DNA of 60,981 bases, the filler included, from Sphacelaria rigidula (taxonomy: Eukaryota), in the NCBI GenBank assembly GCA_964200075.2. It is 10 parts of 10 records of this genome, joined end to end, with 100 filler letters (N's around TTAATTAATTAA, not from the genome) between each part and the next. Parts side by side here need not be neighbours in the genome. Positions count along the whole stretch, not along the records: positions 36,650 to 42,657 come from CAXNAA020022834.1; positions 42,758 to 48,765 come from CAXNAA020022835.1; positions 48,866 to 54,873 come from CAXNAA020022836.1; 7 more parts are not named here. One strand, 5' to 3'. Below the pieces are notes generated by a model. The model saw nothing but the letters and a program-made list of their open reading frames with translations. It had not been told where the DNA came from and searched no databases. Positions 36,819-48,980 of the stretch are shown here, piece by piece. The translations under genes were made by a program, and so were the position numbers. Positions within the stretch are counted from its first letter, which is position 1; every line of letters starts with the position of its first letter.

Positions 36819-38019
36819 ACTTCAGCAGCGAAAGGCTGCGCTAATGGCCAAGATACTTTCCCGCACAGACGACTCCCGTTCGCGAGACATCGACTGCAAC
36901 GACGTAAAAGGTGTCAAAACAGCGGATGTGGTAGCAAGTGGCCCACCCGCCGACAACAACACCTCCACGTTAGGTGTGGTGAGGCAGAAGGCCACAACAA
37001 CGCACGGTGCCGGTCGCGGACCAGTCATTTCGCTTGGCAGCATTGGGAGTGCGGACATTGATGGGAGTGGCGTTTTCGGCAACGTGAAAAGCGGGAACAG
37101 GGAAGCAAACACGAGGGGAACGCGAGCGGGGAAACGTAGCGATCATACTCTATCGTCAGAGGGTGGTAACGGCGATGTCGTACCGAAAGTTAGTGTTCCG
37201 AGCGGGAACGAGGGAAGAGTCGCCCCGCGGGATGGCGGAGATCTCGGCGATGAGATCGGAAAAGAAGCTGAGAAGAAGACAAGCAAGGAGTCATCGATCA
37301 ATTGTGCAACGAAGCTAAAGGCCGAGAAGAGATCCGTCCGTCCGACGAGAAACGGCAATGACGACTCTATGATGGCCATCACGAAAACACAAAACGAGAG
37401 CGCCAACAAGAAGGGCAACGGCGGCAAAAGCAACAAGGGCCGGTTGTCATTATCGTCATCGTCATCATCAGTATCATCACCATTATCATCATCATTATTA
37501 TCATCATCATCATCGCGGTCATCCTTACGAATATCGCGTTCGCGATTGCGAGCTCTCCGTCGGGAGCTCAACGACGTCATCTCCGTCGCCGGTAACGAGG
37601 AGAGCACGGCAACGGGGTCCCTCGAAGAAGTGAGCACCGCCCATGGGGTTTCGACTTGTTCGACGACTGCGCCTTGCTCGGCTGTCGTGTTGTCACCCAC
37701 AGACGACAGACGGGACGATCGCCGGGGAGAACAACCTTCACACAACGCCGCCTCCGCCGCCGGCGCCGGTCGCCAGCGGATGATGAATGGCGGTCGGATG
37801 TTGTGGGAATTTCTTTTGTCCCTAGGCCCCCTTGGGATCTCGCTCCAGGATCTATTTGTGGATGGGATCGCTGAGCAGGAGCTGTTGGGGATAGCGAGGG
37901 GCCTCGAGTATGCTTGCGATAATTACTCGGGAGGAAATAGCGGTGGTGCGAGCGACGGTCGAGGCGCTGGAGTCGATAGTCATGCGAGTCCTGGCTGGAA
38001 CGGAGTGCGCGTATCGCAG
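36819..38019 (+). CDS. Large internal exon of an unidentified protein (low-complexity G/S/K-rich, short globular block)
   Basis: ~400 stop-free codons between a GGCAG acceptor (CTGAT upstream) and a CAG|GTATGT donor; block LWEFLLSLGPLGISLQDLFVDGIAEQELLGIARGLEYAC not recognised. Confidence 0.65.
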
Positions 38020-38918
38020 GTATGTATGATACGGTGCGCTGATGAAAAACGAAGCACCACAAGAGTGTTGATGATATGCCTCCAAGAATCACGGTGTAGC
38101 AAGATATTGTTGGCCGGGGTGTGACATGGTCATCCTTCACTCCGAACTTGGTGGATTAGATCATGACTTCACTATGTTGTATTTTGGTTTCTTCGCGGAG
38201 TAGGCGAAATATCTACATATCCACATATATATTGGTGTGTATGTATATGTTCGTTTTTATATGCCATCACTTCTCTTTTGCTCTGTAGTCTGCGGCACTC
38301 GCGGCTGACCTTGTGGTATCATTCATACCCACGTTATCTCAGCGTATATATTCATGTAGTATATGGTCCCGAGTGTACGAAATAATTCTCGAAAAGTCGA
38401 GACCTGACTTATGGGGTAGGATTTACAACCTAGCATCCACCGAATATCACCGTTTCTGACTAGACACATCAATCGAATCTATCGTTGCCTGCGGTGCCGT
38501 GTTACTATTGGCCTGTGGTGATGTATTTTGTGTGATTCGTTTCATGACGCGGGATCATTTCAATAACACCGGCAGCGCAGATATGAGGTAGTCTTGATCT
38601 TGTAGCCCGGAGGGAATGCCGTGAATCATCAATGTGTGACGCGCCCATGCAGCGTTGCGAGCTATCTTCGCTGGTTGTAGGACTTTCGAGGAATCGAAGA
38701 CTCAAACATCACTTTGTCAACCCCTCATGGGATCAAAACTGCCGGTTTACCTACAACTACAGGTCCATCCCTCGCCCCCCTCCCCTCCTCCCTACTCGAG
38801 CTGTTGAGTACGCAGTACGTTGCGGCTTACCCAATATATGATCGTGATGTCGCTTCGAGTCCGTCTCCCTTTCTCCGTAGTAACTCTTGCTCTCCGAGGG
38901 GGCTTCTCTAGAGTGGAC

Positions 38919-39180
38919 GGGGAAGGGATGTACTCATGATCATGCATGCCATAGTCATATGGCCATTGACCTCGCATCCCTACAAAGCCGGGACGGTGCA
39001 CGCCGGGTTTTCGCCGGACCAGGCTCGCACTCAACCACCAAGCGCGAAGCGCCGTGGAGTGTTCGGCGAGACGCATAAAGGGTGAGCTGCATCCTGCTAA
39101 GATTGTTCAGCCCGAAGCCTACTGATTATCTTGCATTTGCATAACAGCCTACAATGAGTTGCTCTATTTTCTGGTATCGC
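38919..39180 (-). mobile_element. Family E, longest copy with its 3' end
   Basis: Reverse complement of 1709-1870 extended by ~70 bp; decayed C-tail (GGGGAAGGG on +). Confidence 0.8.
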
Positions 39181-39295
39181 AAGGCGATAGGTGGCCATAG
39201 CTTGTATGGAATAAGGTGGAAACATAAATCGAAAAAATGTGCATACATAGCGCTAGCGATCGACGCCATTCAGCTACTTTTGTGGTCAGCAACAG

Positions 39296-39497
39296 ATATT
39301 GGTGGCCGCGATTCAGATTGCATTGTGACCAGCGGTAGACATTGGTGGCCGCGATTCAGATTCTACTGTGACCCTCAACAGACATTGGTGAGCGCAATTT
39401 AGATCCTATTTTGACCAATAATATGTAGTGGTGGCCGCGTGGCAGACCCTATCGTGATTAGCAATAGACATTGGTGGGCGCAATTCAGAGCCTAATA
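39296..39497. repeat. ~43-bp minisatellite, ~5 degenerate copies
   Basis: GACATTGGTGGCCGCGATTCAGA core recurs. Confidence 0.75.
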
Positions 39498-39644
39498 CAA
39501 CGAACAACATGTATTGATAGACAACTTGGACCCTCCATTGTCACGGCAAGGATACACTCTGTCCCTTGTCCCGAATCTATTGTCGCCTACAATAGCTATC
39601 GATATACATTGATGCTAGTCGATTATGACTGACAGTGAACATTG

Positions 39645-39897
39645 GAGGGATGCCACGGTAGGGTGCACAAATATTTTCTGAGCTTAGAATTGTTGGGAGT
39701 TCTTCATCTCGTCCAAAATACGACTTATAATATATGTGAGAGTACGCCAGGATTACTATTCCAATGTGCTGGGGATATCCTGAATGGATTTGCAAGCGGG
39801 GATGCCCTGACCCATATTGTCGTGCATCAAGAATCGTAAGCAACCTGAACCGGAGAAGATTTTGCGCAAAAAGTGCACCCTCACCGTAGCATTGCTC
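39645..39897 (-). mobile_element. MITE family C, copy 3
   Basis: GAGGGATGCCACGGTAGG...ACCGTAGCATTGCTC; flanks ATTG/GTTG. Confidence 0.85.
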
Positions 39898-40793
39898 GTT
39901 GACAGTCAAATTTTCGGGGCTATTGCAGCGCCAATCTTCTATTACATAATCTATTGTCCAGGGTATAAGCACATCTCACCCACACACAAACGTACTAAAA
40001 GTGCTCATGTCCATCAGAGGGACAACCATAAGTACCAATACCATACCAACAACAAAAAGACTTCTAAACATTTGTTCACACATATTAAGGATTCCTACAA
40101 AATACAAGCGTTCCAAAATTGTAGAAACGTGACGTCATATATTCACAAGTAGTATCATCATGTACCCACTGCATGTCCACCTGCGGCTTCTCCATCATAC
40201 TTTAGCGGAGTATAATATAATATGTGGCAATGAACAACAGAGGACATCTATCGGTAGGCATTGTATACCACAGTAGACACTGGTAGGCATCTATCGATAT
40301 TCATTGCCGTCATGCATAGATTTTGTACGCAGTCTATCTGTAGCGATTATCGTCATCGGTAGATTTGGTATAAATCTGTCAATAGCCATCGTCGCCATCA
40401 ATAGATTTCGCACGCGGTCTATCGATAACGATTGCCGTCATCAATAGATGTGGAAAATTATCGATCGGCACATTTGGTCGGCCGCAAAAGATTTCGGTGT
40501 AGGGCCACAACAGACTGCTGCCCAGACAACAGTGTGGGAAACTTGTTTATCGACAGACATTGCCGACGACAACAGAAGGAGAAAACTTGCCGATCGATGG
40601 CCATGACGGACGACAATATTGGCATCTACTGCAGCAGATTCTATTGCCATCGCAATAGATGCCGTCTGTTGTCCAGGGTGTGTGAGCTTTCGCCTCAAGT
40701 TTGTTCGTTTTCTTCAGATTCTTGTGATGTCTCGACCATAAAACAACTACCTATACCAACATAGCAACAGGCTGAAAGCTTCGCCAGAAACTG

Positions 40794-40910
40794 CACGGGT
40801 GGCCACTGGGGTGCCTGCAACCTCAAATTGGGACCTTACAGACGTTGCACTGCGTGCAACGTCTGTAAGGTCCCAATTTGAGGTTGCAGGCACCCCAGTG
40901 GCCACCCGTG
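40794..40910. repeat. Perfect 57-bp-arm hairpin with 3-nt loop (possible CMC-type mini-MITE)
   Basis: 40794-40850 is the exact reverse complement of 40854-40910; CACGG...CCGTG ends flanked by TG/TG. Confidence 0.92.
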
Positions 40911-41056
40911 TGCCGTTGCTGAAAGGGGTCGATAATAAGTACAAGAAAAAAAACAAGCTATATCCCCAAATATCCCCAAATATCCCCAAATATACTACCG
41001 GACCCCTCTTCCCTCACACGCTCGTGCCTACCCCGCACGCCCCCTCATGATACATA

Positions 41057-41905
41057 CGAGCTGGGCCAGCCTAGAGGTGGAATTGAAGTTTGCAGGCCCA
41101 TGCTCCCGCCAATATTCAGAGTTGGACCCTGAAATTTGGTATGGACAATGAATAGGGTATGAAAAAAAGTATTACATGCGCACCATTTTTTTTTTTTTTT
41201 CATGAGTTAAGGGCATTTTACTGATAGCTGAAAACTGATGATTACCCTTAACTCATGAAAAAATACAATAAAAAACTATTGGTGCCGATGTAATTTTTTT
41301 TCACGCCCTATGCATTGTCCATACCAAATTTCAGGGTCCAACTCTAAATATTGACGTGAGCATGGACCTTTCAAAAGCCGGGTCGGTAGAAATTCGGAAC
41401 AGTATTTCGCAGGCCACTCACCGGCCCATGTTTGGTTTTCGTGTATTGAAATTTTGTGTGGGTGCTCTCTAAGGCATGATTAACAAACAAAGTGGGTCAG
41501 GTCGCTTTTTTTCATTTTTTTTTACTGGTTTACGACGTTCTACTCTGGTGAAGACCATTTCTTCACGAGAACGCCTTAACCTCTATGAAAAAAAATTAAA
41601 ACATGAAGGCCCATTTTTTTCTTTATTCGGCACTATTTTGTGGTTCTCCACACCAAAATTCGTCGCCATCCGCTGAATGCATCGATTGGGAGTTCCATGG
41701 AGATTTTGACGCTATCTCCCGTAGGTATAGGATACTAGACATGGGGTTTAATCAACGAGAAAATATGGGCCCGAATGTTTGAGCAGATGGGCACCTTCCC
41801 CTTGATTGGACGATTCACACTATATGCGAATCACGACCCAACTCGTCTGTGTCGATGAGATATTGCTTGTAGAGCTTAAATCCGTTTTTAGGCTGGCCCA
41901 GCTCG
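41057..41905 (+). mobile_element. Tc1/mariner-type MITE with internal foldback (41098-41365)
   Basis: Perfect 17-bp TIR CGAGCTGGGCCAGCCTA flanked by TA on both sides; related pieces at 19530-19830 and 49160-49290. Confidence 0.85.
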
Positions 41906-42445
41906 TACTCCTCTTGCTCTTGGGCACTAACGGTTACTCTCGTCTGCTGTCGTTGTTCTTGCTGGCTGAATTTTTGCAGCTGTTTTTAGAGCTGAGCAAG
42001 GCGAAGCGCGCCGGTCTGATGATATCCATGTCTTCTGCCACGGACCGCGACAGTCTCCAAAAGATCTCAGCTTACTGCCGCGAGCAGCACGGACCGACGA
42101 CGACGAGTCTGAAGTCAGACCAAGACCGGAATGGTGTTGGTGCCGCGGAGGAGCGTGCTAAGGCGCTTCAGGCAGCCGCCGTCGTGCTCGGGTTGGAGAC
42201 GTAGAAAGGGTACTGCATCGCGGTCTTCTTGTGGTTCACTCGTCGTATACGGTAGATGGGAATATGATGGAGCGAAATGCTGGATAGACAGGCTGCGGAG
42301 TAACGGGATGGAGGTCGCAGCAGAAATAATAATGCTTGTTTAGGTACTGTGTTTGCATTCAGCGACGCAGGAAACTTGCTGCTTGCCTGATGCCGTCCAA
42401 AGGAGGGCATGATTGACACCCACCAGATTGACATGTTGTAGACAA

Positions 42446-42657
42446 GCCGCCGCGCACAGGTGGTGTAATGGTCCGACTGTCGCCATTAGGGTGGTGAGAA
42501 CGGGGGTTCGATCCCCGATGCGTTGGGTTATTTTTCTTCGTAATGTATGATTTCCACAGTGGAAAGCGTGAGAACGGGAGTAAACAAAGTAGGCGACTGG
42601 GTTTGTACGTGAGTTGACGCGGTGCGGGAGTGCTGACCCAATCCGCGAGACCGAAAT
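42446..42657 (+). mobile_element. tRNA-derived SINE head (family S2), cut by contig end
   Basis: A box TGGTGTAATGG and B box GGTTCGATCCC at tRNA-like spacing, but no acceptor stem. Confidence 0.65.
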
Positions 42658-42757
42658 NNNNNNNNNNNNNNNNNNNNNNNNNNNNNNNNNNNNNNNNNNN
42701 NTTAATTAATTAANNNNNNNNNNNNNNNNNNNNNNNNNNNNNNNNNNNNNNNNNNNN
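42658..42757. other. Artificial contig linker
   Basis: N44-TTAATTAATTAA-N44. Confidence 0.98.
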
Positions 42758-42823
42758 AGATCAGGGGCTCCTAACAATTCTAATCTCAGAAATTATTTCT
42801 GTACCCCTACCGTAGCATCACTC
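42758..42823 (+). mobile_element. MITE family C right end
   Basis: GGGCTCCTAACAATTC...CCCCTACCGTAGCATCACTC. Confidence 0.85.
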
Positions 42824-45002
42824 ACACTCTGGATGATCCCAAACGAAGGATTCGAGGCGCGATAGGCATTCTATTTGGCATGCCATGCCCGTTTCCTTCG
42901 AAATCTCCGCGTCGCGACTAGAAGGGTAGGAGGTGACAAGTCGATCCCCGAGTGATGGCCCTGAAACTCGCCTGTCCCATAATTTAGGGTACCGAAGGGC
43001 AATACTTTGTCTGGGTATAATGGTCGCTGTGACGGCTTTACAGATGGGTTCGTCACGAAGTTAGAGGGCAGACTTAGCCGACATAAAGATAGAATAACGA
43101 GTTCTTTACTTGAAATGGGCCGAAATATACCTATTCTACTATTTCGAAGCACTCGCAGAAGGTTTCGGCCGTGGTCGAGCCGAACAGCGCTGGTTTTACC
43201 AGCAAGGTTTGTCAGTGAAGAAGGCAGTGGGGTCAGCACACGGAAATACGTAAAACTAGTGGTTGATTCGCGATTGTGATTATTGTTCATTGTTTTATTA
43301 GAATGTTTCTCTTTGGAGTTTAGTAAGGGGGGTGTGCGGCCATTTTTGGGCCTGATCATTTGTTTTCATTCGTACGAAGCAAGCACCAAATGTAAACAAA
43401 ATATGTTTTTAACCGACAATCGACGAAAACTATAAAACAAAGATCGGACCGACATTCGGGCGAGGTGAAGGACCGTACAATTTAGGGTATCCTCTTGTAT
43501 GGTACAGGAAAAGTATATTTGACTCGCAAATGCGTCATGAAATATGCAAAAAGACTAAAACTGGTGCGTAGGTGCCCGCTAGCCTGATCACCACCTTGTC
43601 CTCACTGTGCGACCCTCAAACGGCCAAGAGGCAAGTAAACAAGACTCGATATGAAGCCGTTTGTCTCGCCCGAAGCACTCTCACCTCCGCTGTGTATTCG
43701 AACGGCTGCACGGCGGTCTTCGTGACCTCTTCAGCAGAAGTACCGGCGGCAAGAGTCAGCAATGCCGGCGGGGTCGTATCGGCCAGCAGCTTCGACGGGG
43801 GCAACCCTGGGCCCACATACACTGCGCCGCCGATATCGTGCTGTCGAGAAATACAGGGTGAAAACGAGCCCAGCGGCAGTTGGAAAGACTGGTGAGAGTT
43901 TATGACACCTCTCACAAACGAAAACTTGTTATACCTGCATGAAGACCCGTCGCTACGGCAATCAGGGAACACGACATTTATGTTCGCATATATACCGCCT
44001 AGCCGTGGTGTGGCTCTCTGTACCTTGAAGAGCCCAGAGGAGAATGCTTTCTGAAACGTCTTCTCCATGCGATCATCCACCACGACGGAGAGACTGGCAT
44101 CTGAGAGAAAGAGCTCGATAGGGCGCCCGCCTTGGAGGGCGATCTCCAGCAGCTGTGTACTCCCAACCCCAACACCAAGGACAGCGTCGCCCTTGTTGGT
44201 GAACCTTCATTGATATGAAGAGGAAACGCGCTGGATTAACGACGCAGAAGTGAGACCTCGCGATCCGCGCAGAGTGGTCGATTGTGAGGTTCGTCGCTCA
44301 AAGAATAAATCAGCACCTTTCGTGACACGCTACCCAGATATAATAGTACATACAACGACCCGCTTGTCGCGTGACGAGTTGCTTTACGCTAGTATGAGGG
44401 GAAAAAACTAGACCCAACAGTTTCGTGATCGAACATATCGGAGTAAAACGTGGTATAGGACCGAGTGTACACGGTTTGAAAAACTACCAATCGATACAAA
44501 TATCGACTGTGACTGAGTCGTCTGACAACATCACGAGGGGTGGCTGCTGCCTTCCTTTAACCACCGGGCGCGCCATCACCTCCAGGCGAATGTGCGCAAC
44601 AATCCCGGGGGGAAAGGATTTTCGGGGCCGCCGGCTGGAGCTCCTTGCTTGTATGTCAACATCTCGGTGTGCCCGCTGTCGATCTTCTGCCAGCAGTCTG
44701 GCATTTTCCCCCTGATTGTGCTGCCGTAGGGGTCGTCAAATGTGACCCTTTGATTCACCGTGAAACACTTCCCCTCTTGCTCTGACTGTTTGTGGGCCAC
44801 CATGATGGCTTCGTGATGCGGGTAGAAATATAATTTCTCTTCTCTCTTCCGAGAGCCCCCGTGTTTGCTGGAATATTCGATGGGGACAGGGTCTTCTTCG
44901 AGCGCCATGGTATGTTCTTGAGTGATGGCGTCTGTGACGTGGCGCAGACGGGTCGGCGACAGCGAGAGCCGGGGCGGGGTGGGGCGGTCAGGCGCGGAGG
45001 AA

Positions 45003-45290
45003 GGGGGGGGGGGGGGCGTACTCGCTTTTTGCTTGCCTTCGCCATTTGACCATTGACCACCCGATACTTAGCCGGAGCACCGTTCCTGCACCTGATAAAT
45101 ATCTCCAACATTTGAGCACTCATGACGTTTCTTCCATGCATGACACAGAATTCTTTACCGATCTTATCCCCTTCCTGCTTCACCTTCCGTGGCCACCATC
45201 TACCTCCGAGTATAGCGATTGTTTTCTCGCCACAATTCCAAGTGCCAAACGATTCCGTACCACCTTCATTTAAATCCCGCGTTTCCCCCT
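45003..45290 (-). mobile_element. 5'-truncated LINE 3' end with poly(C) (ORF2 C-terminus remnant)
   Basis: Reads FGTWNCGEKTIAILGGRWWP..KQEGDK, frameshifted AWKKRHE (W..R motif seen at LINE ORF2 C-termini), then RNGAP..VVNGQMAKAS; ends GAGTACG plus a long C-run; terminal ~45 nt align with family E. Confidence 0.7.
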
Positions 45291-48141
45291 CTGTGTAATG
45301 CGTGTGCGGTGGTACCTCTGATTCTATTTCCATGCGGAAACCACGGCCGCGGCACGGTAAATGCGATCGTCCCCAAAGGATGCAAGGTGCTCAGCAGTTA
45401 GCCCACGAACCGCTCGAAGTATCTCTTGACATGGTCGTCTGTTAATGTCAGGATGCTTTTCTCGGCATCCAAGGAGACGAGGATAAGCTTCGGCTGGCGT
45501 GCCACAGCCAGTGAGTCGCCTCCATCGATGAGCTCACACCCTCTAAGAAGTGAGTTTCTCGCGTGCGTGGTAGAAATCTTGCGCCTGTGCGAAAAAACAA
45601 GGCCATTCCACACGGCACATATCGATATTCGACGGAAGAACGCGAGTGAAGTGCGATCCTGAGGCAGACAACAAAAGCACCGTCGAAATACGCACCCTAA
45701 CCGACGGGGCATTATTACGTATTTCCGCTTCCATATTTATTAGCCTGCAGTTAACACCGAATCCCTTTAATGTATGATCTCCTCATTGCGTTCACCTGTG
45801 TTGTGTTTTTGTTACGAGCACAACTCTTGGGGGGGGGGGGGGGGGGGCACGGCATGGCTGCAAAACATTCTTTTCCCGTCCATCTACCCGGGGCATACTG
45901 TGGATTATCTCCAAGTGTCGCCGGCATGTACCCCGCGTTACTATTACGGAGTTATGTTGTTTATAACTCGTCGACCATATCTACATCGGAACATAGTCAA
46001 ATTCGACGAATCGTGGCACAAACAAACCGCAAGTATTGCAAGGGTGGTAACAAACAAACACAGTATAGAAGACAATAATATGTATTGATTGTTGGCGTCT
46101 GATTAAGACCTATGGTATTACCGGACGCCACCACACCCCTCCCCTCTCCCACCCTGACGTAGGAACACTCTCACGGTGTACTCCGAGAGAATGAACGCTA
46201 CACAGCCATAGTTGCCAACCGATCGGTCATTTGTTGCGTTGGTGTATCCGTGGGGGTGGAAGGATTATGTGATCAAGAACACTCGCTGAGAGACACGTGT
46301 TGAAAAGATGAAATTCACCGGCTCTTTTCACACGAGGAAACGCTCGTCTGGATCTGCGATCTCCGCACCTTTGCTCTTCCATGGTGGCGCCGGCGGGCGA
46401 TCGGGGAACTCTTGCCTTCCTCGCTTTCTTCCCGCTATTTGATGTAACGCCGGCTCCGGCTGGATCCTGAGATTATTTCCTCTTCCTGCGCTCTGGGTCG
46501 CCCTCGCACGATATGCAAAGGTGCTTTTTTTGCTCGGCCAGAGTCGCATCTTCTGAGATAGGGACGAGCAGGTCGCAGAACGTATGGTGTGCAACCCTGC
46601 AGTGCGTGCATCGGTACCTGCGGGAAGGGGGACAGAGGAATATATGTCGGCGGCGAATCGATCGCCGGTCTCGCGAGCAATGCCTTTGTTGATGTATGTG
46701 TCTCTCGGTGCCCGTCCTCTGACTAGAGACTCTATGTGCGTTAATTTTACTCTCACCTGACGTCTAGGATGGGTTTGCACGACTCGCACACTTTGCCCTC
46801 GCGACTACCCGCTGCTGCGCGGTCCCGGCCCTCCTCACCCTCGCCGTCAGCCTCCCCAACGGATGCGTCGTTCACACCTCCCTCGCCGACGCCACCCACG
46901 AGTTTTAAACGCGCTGTCTTGTCGTTTATCGCGTTCCATTTTTTCCTCCACGTTTCGCTGAAAGACTTAAGGGTCCCTCTTTGTGTCGTCTGCGAACGGC
47001 GGGAAGGGCAAGATCTCTGGCATGTCAAGTATGAACTAAGATACAAAATAAGGGACGGCCGGCAGCAAGCCTCTGCTTTGTCTCTGGAGTGCGGATGTAT
47101 GTGGGCGGTGGTGTTTTACACTCCTCAACTAGTACTATCGGGAAAGATACAGCTGACTTCCGTGCCTGAGCATCGAGACCGGTCCCCGATCAGCTCGCGA
47201 CAGCGAATTTATGCTTCAACTTTCTTGGGATAAAGTCAGCTACAGACGGGGAGTAACGCGCCAGCTCCAAGGGCCGTGGAAGTCTTCCCTTGTAGACCGC
47301 CTCGAATCCCTTCATGGTATCGCCTTCCTGCTCTTCAGCCGGCAGGATTTCTCTTGTCTCTGATATCGTCTTGTTCACGGACGATACGTAGTCCCCCACG
47401 AACAGTTGGAAATCTTCCAACCCGTGCGTAACGTCTATCATTTGTGCACGCCGCTGTTTACAGAAATCGGGATCGAAAACATCAAACGTCGCACCACATT
47501 CTGTGACAGGTCGACTAGTGTGCAGAGATATTTACGTACACGGCGGCGCATGCTTCTCGATATAGACAGAGCGCCTTAGCTCGGGCGGCGGCCGGGCTAC
47601 AGATTAACGGCACTCACTCCTTCAACCTGTCCGTCCAAGCAAGACGAGGCACCATGCTCTCGATTCTCTCCACCAGGTTATGCGCGATGCCGGCGTTTTT
47701 TGTAATCCGATCCCAATCTTTCGGTGAGGGTGTCATTTTGTTCGCCCTCGAATGTCTGTTGTGGTACGGGCTAAAATCGAGGATGACTGTGGTTTGGGTA
47801 CCGTCCTTGGGATCTGTCATAAGCATCGCGATACATTCGAAATAAAGACACATCTACACTCTCCGCCTGTGATGTCTGGCCTCGCTCATCCTCGAAATCA
47901 GCCATCTACAATTCGTGACCTCCGGTGTTAATACGAAACGATATCGTCCTCCAGTGATTCCGGTGCAAAACACTGTTGATCTTATGTTGTATTTGCTACG
48001 ATGAGTGAGGTTACACATCACAGCCGGAGAATGCTTTCGTATTTTAATTTCGAAACTTTTTCGATGTCTATGAAGGTTCCCGAGGTTCGTCCTCTACCAA
48101 AAAGTCTATCCTCAATTTTGAAAATAGACTGCTTCGAGCGG

Positions 48142-48390
48142 GACACTTTCTACGATGCCCCTCCCCCCAAACCAGCCCAAAAGTGTCACGAAAAAAATGG
48201 CCATATAGCGCTTGATGTTTGAGTCCAGGCTGCATGAAGCGCCTCATATTGGCAACCTTGACGAGAATGAACCCAAGCGTGGTAATTCCCAGCTGCTTGT
48301 TGTGCTCGGCTTTTCCCATTTCGATATACGTGAAGATTTTGCCTCCCAAAACCACGCACTCTTATGGGGGGGACTATCGTAGAAAGTGTC
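48142..48390 (+). mobile_element. MITE family A, copy 4
   Basis: GACACTTTCTACGAT...ATCGTAGAAAGTGTC; perfect TSD GCGG. Confidence 0.92.
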
Positions 48391-48765
48391 GCGGAGGGGG
48401 GGATATGTGTAGTTATACCCTGGATAAATTGGTCCTGACGGTCCATCAAACAGGACACATACCACATGACACGCTCTCGTTATCATCTGGTGCGGCGAAT
48501 CAACGGAAGATAACTCGAGATTATCGCAACAAGCGACTGGGTGTACCGGCGGTGCATACCTTACGAGCATATTGACGGTGATCGATTGCGCTGCGGGTTT
48601 GGCGTGTAGATCGCTGTAAGACTTGCTCTTCAGGTACGTCAGCGAAATACAGTTCGCGTCGATACCGGGGTCCGACGTCTGGAACGCCCAGGCAATGGCT
48701 TTCATTGCTTCCGGTGTAGTGGCGAAGCAGGCCTTTCGCCAGTGCCGCATCGTCACCAGCGACAG

Positions 48766-48865
48766 NNNNNNNNNNNNNNNNNNNNNNNNNNNNNNNNNNN
48801 NNNNNNNNNTTAATTAATTAANNNNNNNNNNNNNNNNNNNNNNNNNNNNNNNNNNNNNNNNNNNN
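48766..48865. other. Artificial contig linker
   Basis: N44-TTAATTAATTAA-N44. Confidence 0.98.
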
Positions 48866-48980
48866 AGCGCCCAGAATAAATGGGACGACCCCGGCTGATG
48901 CGCCCACATATCCCGAAAGGGGTAGACTAGCGCCCAGAATAAATGGGACGACAACACACACACACACAACACAGACAACG
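48866..48980 (+). mobile_element. SINE S1 3' end (partly duplicated) with (CA)n tail
   Basis: AGCGCCCAGAATAAATGGGACGAC twice, then AACACACACACACAC. Confidence 0.8.

Noticed and set aside
37143..37745. 200-aa acidic minus-strand ORF
   Set aside because: Antisense shadow of the plus-strand exon; the poly-Asp mirrors the TCA repeat.
42446..42525. Possible tRNA gene
   Set aside because: A and B boxes only, no cloverleaf; treated as a SINE head.
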